A stretch of 15,473 nucleotides of DNA, taken from Candidatus Muiribacteriota bacterium. GTDB taxonomy: Bacteria > Muiribacteriota > Muiribacteriia > Muiribacteriales > Muiribacteriaceae. Shown here piece by piece: positions 1-8,440 of this stretch (the stretch's first letter is position 1; each line of letters opens with the position of its first letter). The notes under the pieces are model-generated. The model ran no database searches. It saw only the letters and a list, made by a program, of their open reading frames with translations, and had not been told where the DNA came from. The stretch covers positions 1 to 15,473 of the forward strand of contig JBNJGP010000064.1 in assembly GCA_051747805.1 (NCBI GenBank), in the 5' to 3' direction. A program made the position numbers and the translations under genes.

Positions 1-1672
1 CTTTTGGAAAAAGTTTATAATATACTGTTCTTAAATTTATAGAGCGAAGCGCAACTGCAGCATAAAATTCATCCATTGTTGAAAAATTATTTTCTTTAAG
101 AATTTCTTTGATATTTTTATTTTTTTCAATAGAAATTAGGGTTTTTTTATCAAATTCTTCTAAAATTGCAGGATATTTTTGAATAAGGTTCTGGACATGA
201 TTGTGAAGGACCTGTACCCCTTTTTTAATATTTGTTTCCTGAAGTGATTTTCTAATGTGTGCTCGTATTTTATTTTTTGCGCGTGAAGTTTTAACAATAT
301 CAAGCCATTCTCTTTTAGGATGTTGTTTTTTAGAAGTTATAATATCAACAATATCACCATTTTGAAGTTCATATGTCAGCGGTACCAGTTTACCGTTAAC
401 CTTAGCGCCAGTACAATGACTACCTACTTCTGTATGTATGCTGAAGGCAAAATCAATAGGTGTTGAACCAATTGTAAGAGATTTAATATCACCGTTCGGG
501 GTAAAAGTGAAAACTTCATCCTGAAATAGGTCTATTTTTACAGACTCAAGAAATTCTGTAGCGTTTTCTATATCTTTATGCCAGTCAAGCAGCTGTCTTA
601 ACCAGTTTATCTTATCTTTTGCCTGATCCGTTTCTTTTTCTTTATATTCAAAATGAGCGGCAACACCTACTTCTGCAATTTCATGCATTTTCTTTGTCCT
701 AATCTGAAACTCAACAGGGAAACCCATTGGATGCATAATAGTTGTATGAAGAGATTGATAATAGTTGGTTTTTGCCATTGCTATATAGTCTTTGAATCTT
801 CCAGGAATTGGAGGCCAGAGTTTATGCACAAAACCTAATGCAGCATAACAGTCTTTTACAGTATCAGTTATAATTCTGATGCCAATTAAATCATAGATTT
901 CATTTAAGGATTTATTAGTCGTGGTCATCTTTCTGTAAATGCTGTAAAAATGCTTTGTACGTCCGTAAATATCAAAATTTTTTATATCATTTTTATTTAA
1001 AATATCAGAAATTGATTTTATTATTTCATTTATATATCTGTCTCTCACTTCCTGCTGTCGACTCAGTTCTTCTTTAAGTTTTGCAAAAATTTCCGGATCA
1101 ATATATCTTAAACAGAGATCTTCAAGTTCTGATTTAATAATATATATACCAAGTCTATGTGCGAGAGGAGCATAAATTTCAAGGGTTTCCCTGGCAATGG
1201 CCTTCTGTTTGGCTGGTTTCATGTGTTCTAAAGTTTTCATATTATGCAGACGATCGGCCAGTTTTACAAGAATAACCCTTATATCCTCAACCATGGCCAT
1301 AAGCATTTTTCTTAAATTTCCGGCCTGATGCTCTTCAATAGTTTTAAAAAGAAGCTTTGACAACTTTGTTACTCCGTCAACTATATGAGCAACTGAGGAG
1401 TTGAACTCATATTCTATTTCTTCAATTGAAACTTCAGTGTCCTCAACAACATCATGTAGCAAGGCAGCACATATAGAGGCGCTGTCAAGCTTTAAATCGC
1501 ATATAATAAGAGAGACATTGTAGGGGTGTATAAAATAGGGTTCACCCGATTTTCTTTTTTGATCTGAATGTTTTTCTTGAGCATAATTATACGCTTTTTC
1601 AATAAGAGAAAAATCCGCAATAGGATTATAGCTTTTTACTTTGGCTAACAATTTTTTTAATTTATCATCCAT
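1..1672 (-). CDS. rel: Long RelA/SpoT homologue, bifunctional (p)ppGpp synthetase/hydrolase (3' end outside window)
   Basis: Manual translation from ATG at 1672: MDDKLKKLLAKVKSYNPIADFSLIEKAYNYAQEKHSDQKRKSGEPYFIHP...AALLHDVVEDT (HD hydrolase), GRTKHFYSIYRKM, PGRFKDYIAM..YQSLHTT, EFQIRT..MH..AE.GVAAH (synthetase with RxKD motif), FTFTPNGD...STPIDFAFSIHTEVG.HCTGAKVNGKLVPL (TGS domain). Confidence 0.97.
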   Translation of the reverse strand, partial: MDDKLKKLLAKVKSYNPIADFSLIEKAYNYAQEKHSDQKRKSGEPYFIHPYNVSLIICDLKLDSASICAALLHDVVEDTEVSIEEIEYEFNSSVAHIVDGVTKLSKLLFKTIEEHQAGNLRKMLMAMVEDIRVILVKLADRLHNMKTLEHMKPAKQKAIARETLEIYAPLAHRLGIYIIKSELEDLCLRYIDPEIFAKLKEELSRQQEVRDRYINEIIKSISDILNKNDIKNFDIYGRTKHFYSIYRKMTTTNKSLNEIYDLIGIRIITDTVKDCYAALGFVHKLWPPIPGRFKDYIAMAKTNYYQSLHTTIMHPMGFPVEFQIRTKKMHEIAEVGVAAHFEYKEKETDQAKDKINWLRQLLDWHKDIENATEFLESVKIDLFQDEVFTFTPNGDIKSLTIGSTPIDFAFSIHTEVGSHCTGAKVNGKLVPLTYELQNGDIVDIITSKKQHPKREWLDIVKTSRAKNKIRAHIRKSLQETNIKKGVQVLHNHVQNLIQKYPAILEEFDKKTLISIEKNKNIKEILKENNFSTMDEFYAAVALRSINLRTVYYKLFPK

Positions 1673-1679
1673 AAGCAAG

Positions 1680-1708
1680 ATTATATCGATTTTATAGACT
1701 TTTGTAAA
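1680..1708 (-). promoter_or_regulatory. Putative sigma70 promoter of rel (leaderless geometry)
   Basis: Minus strand TTTACA (1708-1703), 17 nt, TATAAT (1685-1680), 7 nt, ATG (1672); no Shine-Dalgarno upstream. Confidence 0.7.
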
Positions 1709-1805
1709 GAGGTTTAATCACGGGACAGAAATTCTGAATAAAATTTTAGTTAAATCCATATTAGGCAAACTCCGATAATTATAAAAAAAGAATCAGGAGC
1801 AAATT

Positions 1806-4124
1806 ATGTACAAATGGAAAAAAACTGTTTTATTAATAATAATTATAAAGTTAACATTTTTATTTGGGTGTATGGGTAATACAACAGTTGGAATTGATGA
1901 AAAACAAAATCAGACAGATAAACCAGGAAATGGTAATTTATTTGGAAAAATATTATTTGAGGAAAGGGATATAGACCCTCTAGGAACAGAAATTTATTTT
2001 TATAAATTATTTGAGCAGGAAACAAACACCTCCGGGACAGATGAAATTAATTTAACAGATGAAGAAGAAGAAGACAATAGCTCTAATATTTTAAGGGCTG
2101 CTGAAAATGATTATGATTTTAAAGCTATAGCTGATAATGAGGGGAATTTTGCTGTTGAAAATATTGAAAGCGGTTTTTATAAAATCACAGCCCTCAAAGA
2201 TGGATATTCAATAAAAACAGTTGATAAAATTAAAGTTGTCCAAGACGAAGACAATAAAATAGAAATTACTATGTCAAAACCTGGGGAAATAACTGGAAAA
2301 ATAACATTTAAAGATGGAAATACAGAATATGGACTTTCGGTAAACATAGGCTCTCAGAAAGCTTTAACAGATGAAGAGGGCAGTTTTAACTCTCAATTAG
2401 CTCCTGGAACATATGAAGTTGTTGTTGATGAGTTTGGATATGATAGAATTATCAGGCAGGTTCAGATAGAATCGGATAAAATTCTTGATATTGGAACTTT
2501 AACTTTAGAAAAAACATATGTGAATCCGGAAATGGCTATGTTATCTGCAAAAGCACTCAGTGTTTTTGGTTATCCAGTAAAAAAAGCTGATGTTATTTTG
2601 TTTAATGAAGATGAAAAATATTTTGAAAAAACTGATGATACAGGTTTTTTCAGGTTTTTAAATATAAACCCCGGTTCATATATTTTAAAAATAGTTGCAG
2701 ATAATTTTGGGGTTAAGCTGCAGACAGATATTGAAAAAGGGGAAATATATAAACTCGATAACTTAATAGTTGATAATATTTCAAGATATGGACAAGTTTC
2801 TTTTGAACCTAACCTTGAGGGTGAAGTTGAATTTGAACCAGACTTCAACATTAAAAACACAAATGGGAACAGGGTTATTTATGTACTTGAAGAAACTAAC
2901 TCAGGCTACAATATAAAGGGAATAGAACCTGGAATTTACAATATTAATATTTCTTCTCAGAGATATCAGGATAGAGAATTTGAAGTTGAAGTAAAAAAAG
3001 GTCAAAAAGAATCTAAAACTCCGACTTTTCTCTTAAGACGTTCAAGTATAAAGGGAAGAGTTGTTTCAAATGACAATGGAGTTAAAGCAGATATTAATTT
3101 TAATTCAAATTCTGTAACCAGTAATACAAACGGTGAGTTCAGCCTAGAAAATATAGAATCGGATGTTTATACTGTTGAAGTGAAAAAATTTGGATATAAA
3201 AAATTTCTTGACAGTGTTTTTGTTGAAAATGGGGCCAATATAGAAGATTTTGAAATAAATCTCATAGAAGAAGAAAATGACGGGCCCTTTGCAAACACAA
3301 ATATTGAGTCAAGGATAAACATGATTGCACAGACAGATACAAATATATTAATGAGAAACGAAAATAAAAATAAAATTTATAGCATGGATAAAGAAAGTCT
3401 GGAAATAGAAACCGTAATAGATTATAATGGTGAAATTTCAGATTTCTCTGTTGATGGGAATTCACTTTATATAGTTGATGGACTTAACAATTATCTTTTA
3501 AAATATTCATTAGCTAACTTTATTAAATTGGATCAGGTTAATGTTGGGATAGAACCTTTTATAGTAAAAAGTAAAGGCGATGAAATTTTTGTTTTATCTA
3601 AAGGTGATGAAACTCTTTTTATTGCCGAAAAAGACGATTTATCGGTAAATTCATTTCCGCTTGGATTTGTTCCTTCGGACTTTGTTATAACAGAAGATAA
3701 TGTTTTTATCTCCGACAGATTAGGTGATAGAATAAAAATTTTTAATTTGAATAATAAAACCCTTTCTTCCACTATTGATGGAATAAATCGTCCAAAAAGA
3801 ATTTATAAAGGGGAAGGGGTTATTTATATTGTTAAACAGTCAAGTAATGAAGTAGAAGTTATTGATTATAATACTCATAAAAGAGAGTCTGTTCTTAATC
3901 CTGGAATAAAACCTGAAAATGTTTATGAGTCCAATAAAAGAGTTTATATTACAGGAGATAATAAAATTGCCGTATATTATAATTCAGAATTTAATCTTGA
4001 TAAAGTATTGAGTGTTTCCCCTGATTTAGGTGGTACAGTTGAAGATAATAATAATTCTGAAAGGCTTTTTGTGTGGCAGAAGTTCCAAAGTGAAATTATC
4101 ACATATTTTAATAAGAGGAAATAA
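1806..4124 (+). CDS. Lipoprotein with carboxypeptidase-regulatory-like/PEGA beta-sandwich repeats and C-terminal YncE/YVTN-like beta-propeller
   Basis: 772 aa; SD GGAG upstream; lipobox FLFG-C22; repeated motifs ADNEGNF..ENIESGFYKITALKDGY, TDEEGSF..QLAPGTYEVVVDEFGY, TDDTGFFRFLNINPGSYILKI, SNTNGEFSLENIESDVYTVEVKKFGY; ~40-aa C-terminal blades (VGIEP, LGFVP, GINRP, PGIKP). Confidence 0.8.
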   Translation: MYKWKKTVLLIIIIKLTFLFGCMGNTTVGIDEKQNQTDKPGNGNLFGKILFEERDIDPLGTEIYFYKLFEQETNTSGTDEINLTDEEEEDNSSNILRAAENDYDFKAIADNEGNFAVENIESGFYKITALKDGYSIKTVDKIKVVQDEDNKIEITMSKPGEITGKITFKDGNTEYGLSVNIGSQKALTDEEGSFNSQLAPGTYEVVVDEFGYDRIIRQVQIESDKILDIGTLTLEKTYVNPEMAMLSAKALSVFGYPVKKADVILFNEDEKYFEKTDDTGFFRFLNINPGSYILKIVADNFGVKLQTDIEKGEIYKLDNLIVDNISRYGQVSFEPNLEGEVEFEPDFNIKNTNGNRVIYVLEETNSGYNIKGIEPGIYNINISSQRYQDREFEVEVKKGQKESKTPTFLLRRSSIKGRVVSNDNGVKADINFNSNSVTSNTNGEFSLENIESDVYTVEVKKFGYKKFLDSVFVENGANIEDFEINLIEEENDGPFANTNIESRINMIAQTDTNILMRNENKNKIYSMDKESLEIETVIDYNGEISDFSVDGNSLYIVDGLNNYLLKYSLANFIKLDQVNVGIEPFIVKSKGDEIFVLSKGDETLFIAEKDDLSVNSFPLGFVPSDFVITEDNVFISDRLGDRIKIFNLNNKTLSSTIDGINRPKRIYKGEGVIYIVKQSSNEVEVIDYNTHKRESVLNPGIKPENVYESNKRVYITGDNKIAVYYNSEFNLDKVLSVSPDLGGTVEDNNNSERLFVWQKFQSEIITYFNKRK

Positions 4125-4533
4125 GTCTTTCATATAATGAAAGAAAGTTTTTTACCTCCTGACCATAACTTTGTCTCTGATTTAACTTTTTAAGGCAGTA
4201 CGCTTTAAGCTGATGATAAACAAGCTGGTTGTATGGGTTAGATTCAGCCCTCTGCTCATCTTCTATAAGTTCAATTGCTTTCTGGAACTGATTGGATTGT
4301 ATAAATGCAGAAATATTGTTTAAAGTAACCTCCATTTGGTTTTTGTCAGTATCAGATACAAGTTCTATTGACTGATTTGAAAAATAAGATTCCATTGGCG
4401 ATTCAAATTCAGGTTTAACCGAAATCTTTTTATCAGGATATTGAATAGGGGTATTAACTTCTTCATCAGAGCAACCGATGATAAACAAAAGTAATATTAA
4501 AAAAAATATAAAGTAAAAAAAATTTTTAAACAT
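4108..4533 (-). CDS. Hypothetical lipoprotein with helical/TPR-like C-terminus
   Basis: 141 aa; hydrophobic signal with lipobox FIIG-C21; C-terminal QFQKAIELIE...LKAYCLKKLNQ...FLSLY is TPR-like; TAATG coupling to the upstream gene. Confidence 0.7.
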   Translation of the reverse strand: MFKNFFYFIFFLILLLFIIGCSDEEVNTPIQYPDKKISVKPEFESPMESYFSNQSIELVSDTDKNQMEVTLNNISAFIQSNQFQKAIELIEDEQRAESNPYNQLVYHQLKAYCLKKLNQRQSYGQEVKNFLSLYERLISSY

Positions 4534-5084
4534 TAAAAGTCCCTTGAGTCTATTAAATCAAAAAAATCTTTATGTACGACCTTAGTATATAAATATTCAG
4601 AAAAAAAAGTAAATTCAACCGGAACTTTTTTTTCTGACTTTTTAAAAATAGCAAAAACAGAAAAACCACAGGCCTGGTTAATATTTTCGGTTGATTCCAG
4701 GTTGTTGTTCACAATAGTGAGGTTAAATTCAGATAAATCACTTAAAATATGTTCGATATTATTTCCCTCTCTTCTAATAAGCTCATTTTGTCTTATAGAA
4801 TATTCGATTTCAACAGAATTTATATAGGCGCTGGGTTCAGAGGAGTTCAGTCTGGGAGGGTTAACAAATCTTTTGATTGTAATAATATTTTCATCATATT
4901 CGACTATTTCTGAAGCAGATTTAAAATCATTTATAAAAGTTCTCAGACCTTTATCCCATTCGGGTATTGCATGGTTTATATCTTTCCTTCCAGTGAAAAA
5001 ATCAGCTATTGAAAATATTGTTAAAACAGAAAATAAAAGGGCAACAACTAAAAATAAAATATTAATATCCTTTGGCTTATTCAT
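4533..5084 (-). CDS. Hypothetical N-terminally anchored protein, weakly PilW/GspJ-like
   Basis: Probable start MNKPKD at 5084 (8-nt overlap with upstream stop, AGGT upstream) rather than 5111; one N-terminal hydrophobic helix; IEYSIRQNELIRRE...ILSDLSEFNL resembles the GspJ/PilW beta region. Confidence 0.6.
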   Translation of the reverse strand: MNKPKDINILFLVVALLFSVLTIFSIADFFTGRKDINHAIPEWDKGLRTFINDFKSASEIVEYDENIITIKRFVNPPRLNSSEPSAYINSVEIEYSIRQNELIRREGNNIEHILSDLSEFNLTIVNNNLESTENINQACGFSVFAIFKKSEKKVPVEFTFFSEYLYTKVVHKDFFDLIDSRDF

Positions 5085-5466
5085 AAAAAATACCTGAGTG
5101 CCTGTCGTCATTAAAAAGTTTAGTATTAATTTTTACTTCATCAAACTCCACAAGATTGCTTGGCGTCTTTGGCCATTTAACAGAAAGTTCAAATGTAGTA
5201 AAGTTATCATTTATTTCTTTTAGATGAATATTTCCGTCAAATTCAGAAAAGTGATCATCATGCCAGTTTGGGAGCTGATTATCCCTGAAATCTTCAGAAT
5301 AAAGGGCTTTTTGATGTAAATCAAAAAGAAGATAACTGGATATAAAATTTTGAATTGTTTTATACTCTGTATTTATATTTATCCTGTTTCTAATTGAAAT
5401 TACTGGAATAATTAAAAGTGAGGCCAGAGTAATTAATAATAGCTGTTTTATAAATTTATCGCCCAT
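5077..5466 (-). CDS. Hypothetical N-terminally anchored protein, weakly PilV/GspI-like
   Basis: ATG at 5466 in a TGATG overlap with the upstream stop, GGAG upstream; 129 aa; hydrophobic N-terminal helix; C-terminal FELSVKW resembles the VxVxW strand of PilV/GspI-like pilins. Confidence 0.6.
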   Translation of the reverse strand: MGDKFIKQLLLITLASLLIIPVISIRNRININTEYKTIQNFISSYLLFDLHQKALYSEDFRDNQLPNWHDDHFSEFDGNIHLKEINDNFTTFELSVKWPKTPSNLVEFDEVKINTKLFNDDRHSGIFYE

Positions 5467-6737
5467 CAAAGATCTCCGCTGAAATATGAAATAACGGGAG
5501 AAAAAGATAATACATAATGTTCCCCTTCTTTAATATTATTTTTTATGTTTAAACTTCCTCTAATATTTTCCTTGGACAAATATTGTGTAGTTAAATTCCC
5601 ATTAAGTTTCAGGTTACTTGTAATATAAGGAAAGTGTCTTGAAAAAATTGAGGCAGAAATATTCTGAGTTTTTATTTTAAAATTTGTTGCCTGTTCTCCT
5701 AAAAAAATAAAGTTAATAAGATTATTTCCTTCCTCGTTTTTTATGTTTCTTGAAATGTTCATCTGTTCCAGTGCACAAATGGTAAGTTTACCATAATTTC
5801 TTAAGTCGGCACTTGAAGGTTCAATTTCAACATTCCTAAAAAGCATTATACCGTTTGTTTCAAGAAAAGTAATATAGGAAGGTATTTTAACTTTTCTATC
5901 AGATACTAAAACAGCCCTTTGAAGGAAATAACTGAAATCTAAAAAATTGTTAGAATTTCCCTCATAATTATTAATAAACTCTTTTTGTTTAATGTCCACA
6001 GGTTCTGGTACATCTGTTTCTTTCCATTCAAGTATTCTTGAGTGAAGATTTGCATGGAAGTTATTGAGATTTTCGGGAGTAAAATCATTTATTATAAATC
6101 TGGAAGGGGATATCTGATTGAGTAGTATAGAGAAAAAACCGTGATAGTCAAAACCGGTATAAAAATTTAAATCATTTCTTTCGTTGCCGGTTAAATATTT
6201 TAGAATCTCAGTTTGTTCGAAGTTTAAATTAAATATCAGGGGCGAGGTTGAGGGTAGGCGAATCTTATCCTCCGCAGAAAGAGTAAGAGTGCCTCCTTTA
6301 TTTAAAATTTCTGTATCATCAATTTGATTTGAAGTATAGAGAGAATATTCATTTTTAAACGGGGTAAGACTAACTCTTTTAAAATCATAAAAAAATTTAA
6401 AATCATCTATTTCCAGCTCTAAAAAACCATAGGTATCATCAGAGTTAAGGAAATTAGAGGCGTTTATATTAATTTTTACATTATTATCCCTGGTAAAATT
6501 GGAACTCTGTAGTTTCTGTGATTTGGTGAAGGCGGAAATAAAGTCTTTATTATGAGAGTTTTTTATTATTTCAGATTTTATAATGTTTTTTTTATTCTGG
6601 ACCTGATTGTATTTTTTAAGTGAGTATAAAAATTCTGAAGGAATGGATTTTGAAAAAAATAAAATTGCAGAATTAACAATAAAAAAAAAAGCTATTGTTA
6701 AATACATTATTTTTTTATACACTGAATCTGAGGTCAT
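5466..6737 (-). CDS. Hypothetical membrane-anchored exported protein, weakly PilX/GspK-like
   Basis: Long ORF (435 aa from TTG 6773; 423 aa from the preferred ATG 6737); single N-terminal TM (IMYLTIAFFFIVNSAILFF); Asn/Gly/Ile-rich beta-type C-terminus. Confidence 0.65.
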   Translation of the reverse strand: MTSDSVYKKIMYLTIAFFFIVNSAILFFSKSIPSEFLYSLKKYNQVQNKKNIIKSEIIKNSHNKDFISAFTKSQKLQSSNFTRDNNVKININASNFLNSDDTYGFLELEIDDFKFFYDFKRVSLTPFKNEYSLYTSNQIDDTEILNKGGTLTLSAEDKIRLPSTSPLIFNLNFEQTEILKYLTGNERNDLNFYTGFDYHGFFSILLNQISPSRFIINDFTPENLNNFHANLHSRILEWKETDVPEPVDIKQKEFINNYEGNSNNFLDFSYFLQRAVLVSDRKVKIPSYITFLETNGIMLFRNVEIEPSSADLRNYGKLTICALEQMNISRNIKNEEGNNLINFIFLGEQATNFKIKTQNISASIFSRHFPYITSNLKLNGNLTTQYLSKENIRGSLNIKNNIKEGEHYVLSFSPVISYFSGDL

Positions 6738-6744
6738 GAATAAC

Positions 6745-6773
6745 ATTTTATATAATTTTAGGAAATAATTCAA
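6745..6773 (-). promoter_or_regulatory. Putative sigma70 promoter of the four-gene operon (leaderless geometry)
   Basis: Minus strand TTGAAT (6773-6768), 17 nt, TAAAAT (6750-6745), 7 nt, in-frame ATG (6737). Confidence 0.5.
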
Positions 6774-6776
6774 ATT

Positions 6777-7409
6777 ATGAAATATGAAATTAAGCAGCTG
6801 GGTAAAATTTATGGAAAAAAAATTCTTTTTTCAAATATAAATGCAACTTTTCCGGAAACTTACTTTTATTATATAACCGGTATTTCCGGGTGCGGAAAAA
6901 GCACCTTTTTAAATTTACTGTCATTATCTGCTCTTCCTGATTCTGGTTTTATAAAGATAGATGATGAAGTTATTAATGATGAGGCAAAAAGAGAAGAAAT
7001 AAGAAAAAAAACAGCCTCTATATATCAGAATTCTTATTTGTTTAATGATTTGACTTTGATTGAAAATACATTAATTTTTAAACCCGAGGCAAATATTGAG
7101 AAAATATATGAAATTGCAAAGAGGCTTAATATAACAGATGAGATAAATAAAAAGGCTGGTGTGCTTTCTGTTGGAGAAAAGCAGAGGGGAAATCTTCTAA
7201 GAGCACTTTGTAATGAGCCAGATGTTATTTTTGCAGACGAGCCCTGTGCTTCTTTGGATAAAAAAAATTCTGAAATAATAAATAGTATGCTTATTGATTT
7301 TGTAAGAGAAAACAAAAAAACTGTTTTTTATGTTAGTCATGAAGAAGGTTTTAATCTTGAATGTGAAAAAAAAATAATAATAAAAGATGGAAATATTCAG
7401 ATTAAATAA
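6777..7409 (+). CDS. ABC transporter ATP-binding protein (LolD/FtsE/MacB-like)
   Basis: Walker A GISGCGKST, Q-loop IYQ, signature LSVGEKQR, Walker B/D-loop IFADEPCASLD, H-switch VSH. Confidence 0.93.
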   Translation: MKYEIKQLGKIYGKKILFSNINATFPETYFYYITGISGCGKSTFLNLLSLSALPDSGFIKIDDEVINDEAKREEIRKKTASIYQNSYLFNDLTLIENTLIFKPEANIEKIYEIAKRLNITDEINKKAGVLSVGEKQRGNLLRALCNEPDVIFADEPCASLDKKNSEIINSMLIDFVRENKKTVFYVSHEEGFNLECEKKIIIKDGNIQIK

Positions 7410-7440
7410 AAATTAATATTTTATCAAAAAAAGTTTTATT

Positions 7441-8367
7441 CTATTTCTTTTTTTTCTTTTTTTTCGCAGAATAAGCAAGATTTTCATCCATTTTTTTGTA
7501 ATTTTCTATTTCAGGTTTAAGACATTCCTTAAACATTGAAATTTCATTATAAAATTTATAAAAAATAGAGCCTGTGAAAGATTCAATTTTATTTTTTTGA
7601 ACATAAAGCTCTGTAATTGGAACCAGGGTATTATTATGCTGCCAGTCCCATTCAAGAAATGGGGTTTCGTAATTTAAAATAAAGTCGGTATATATTGAAA
7701 AGAACACATAGGATTTTGAAAAAACATCAGGAAAAGTGCAAAAATGTTTTCTTCGCGGTTTAGCAGTTTCAGCCTCTCCTGGAAGCGACATGGAAAGAAT
7801 TACAGTTAGGTCGTAATATCTGCACATTTTTTTTATTTTTTCAATCATTAACGAAATATCTTTATCAATTAAAGAATATAACTGATCTATTACCACAACC
7901 AGTTTTGATTCAGGAGAAAACTTCCTCTTTTTTTCAATTAAATTCTGAATTTGTTCAAAATTAAAATCTTTTTTTCTTGAAGAGTCAAATATACTGATGT
8001 TTCTATATAAATTTTTAAGCGTTTTTAATTTTCTTTTGAGTTTTCTATCATATCGTGTGTTATTATTTTTTAAATTTTTGAAATGCGAAAATGGAGATTC
8101 AGTACTTTGACAGGCTATTTTTAAACTTATGTCAGTACCTGGGTGGTCAAGTGAAAAAAAAAGAATTTCACAATCTTTATTTTTTTGAACAAAATTCCAG
8201 CACAGTTGTGTTATAAAGCTGGTTTTCCCCATTGATGAGGCTCCTGATAAAATATAAAGTTCTTTCCAGAAGCCGTTCAGGCATTCATCTAAAATTGGAA
8301 ATCCTGATAAAAGAGGTTTTTCCTGAAGGGCAGTATTTAAAATTGATTCAAATTTTTTTTTTTTCAT
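7441..8367 (-). CDS. DnaB C-terminal-like (RecA-fold) P-loop protein, degenerate, lacking the DnaB N-terminal domain
   Basis: SGFPILDECLNGF..ELYILSGASSMGKTSF (DnaB H1/Walker A), ILFFSLD (H1a), LVVVIDQL (H2/Walker B), ELYVQKNK..TG (KNR-like); 308 aa. Confidence 0.8.
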   Translation of the reverse strand: MKKKKFESILNTALQEKPLLSGFPILDECLNGFWKELYILSGASSMGKTSFITQLCWNFVQKNKDCEILFFSLDHPGTDISLKIACQSTESPFSHFKNLKNNNTRYDRKLKRKLKTLKNLYRNISIFDSSRKKDFNFEQIQNLIEKKRKFSPESKLVVVIDQLYSLIDKDISLMIEKIKKMCRYYDLTVILSMSLPGEAETAKPRRKHFCTFPDVFSKSYVFFSIYTDFILNYETPFLEWDWQHNNTLVPITELYVQKNKIESFTGSIFYKFYNEISMFKECLKPEIENYKKMDENLAYSAKKKKKKK

Positions 8368-8374
8368 ATCCTGA

Positions 8375-8403
8375 ATATTAAACTTTATTTATAAAAATAT
8401 CAA
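8375..8403 (-). promoter_or_regulatory. Putative sigma70 promoter of the DnaB-like gene
   Basis: Minus strand TTGATA (8403-8398), 17 nt, TAATAT (8380-8375), 7 nt, ATG (8367). Confidence 0.6.
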
Positions 8404-8411
8404 GCTTGATA
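8398..8411. repeat. Perfect 14-bp palindrome TATCAAGCTTGATA
   Basis: Read directly at 8398-8411, centred in the 73-bp divergent intergenic region. Confidence 0.95.
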
Positions 8412-8434
8412 ATATGAAAATTTATTTGTATAAT
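8406..8434 (+). promoter_or_regulatory. Putative sigma70 promoter of the Trm112-ftsZ operon
   Basis: TTGATA (8406-8411), 17 nt, TATAAT (8429-8434), 6 nt, ATG (8441). Confidence 0.72.
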
Positions 8435-8440
8435 ACCCCT

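Noticed and set aside
653..838. 61-aa plus-strand ORF
   Set aside because: Antisense shadow of the rel synthetase domain.
1843..3772. Minus-strand ORFs 1843-2025, 2570-2860, 3262-3465 and 3533-3772
   Set aside because: Antisense shadows within the 772-aa lipoprotein gene; no recognisable motifs.
4873..5097. 74-aa plus-strand ORF
   Set aside because: Antisense to a gene in the coupled operon.
6738..6773. TTG start at 6773
   Set aside because: Leaves only 3 bp to the divergent gene, and the TTG coincides with the predicted -35 box.
7441..8367. Canonical replicative dnaB or prophage helicase
   Set aside because: N-terminal domain and key motifs are missing, and no phage, integrase or primase genes are nearby.
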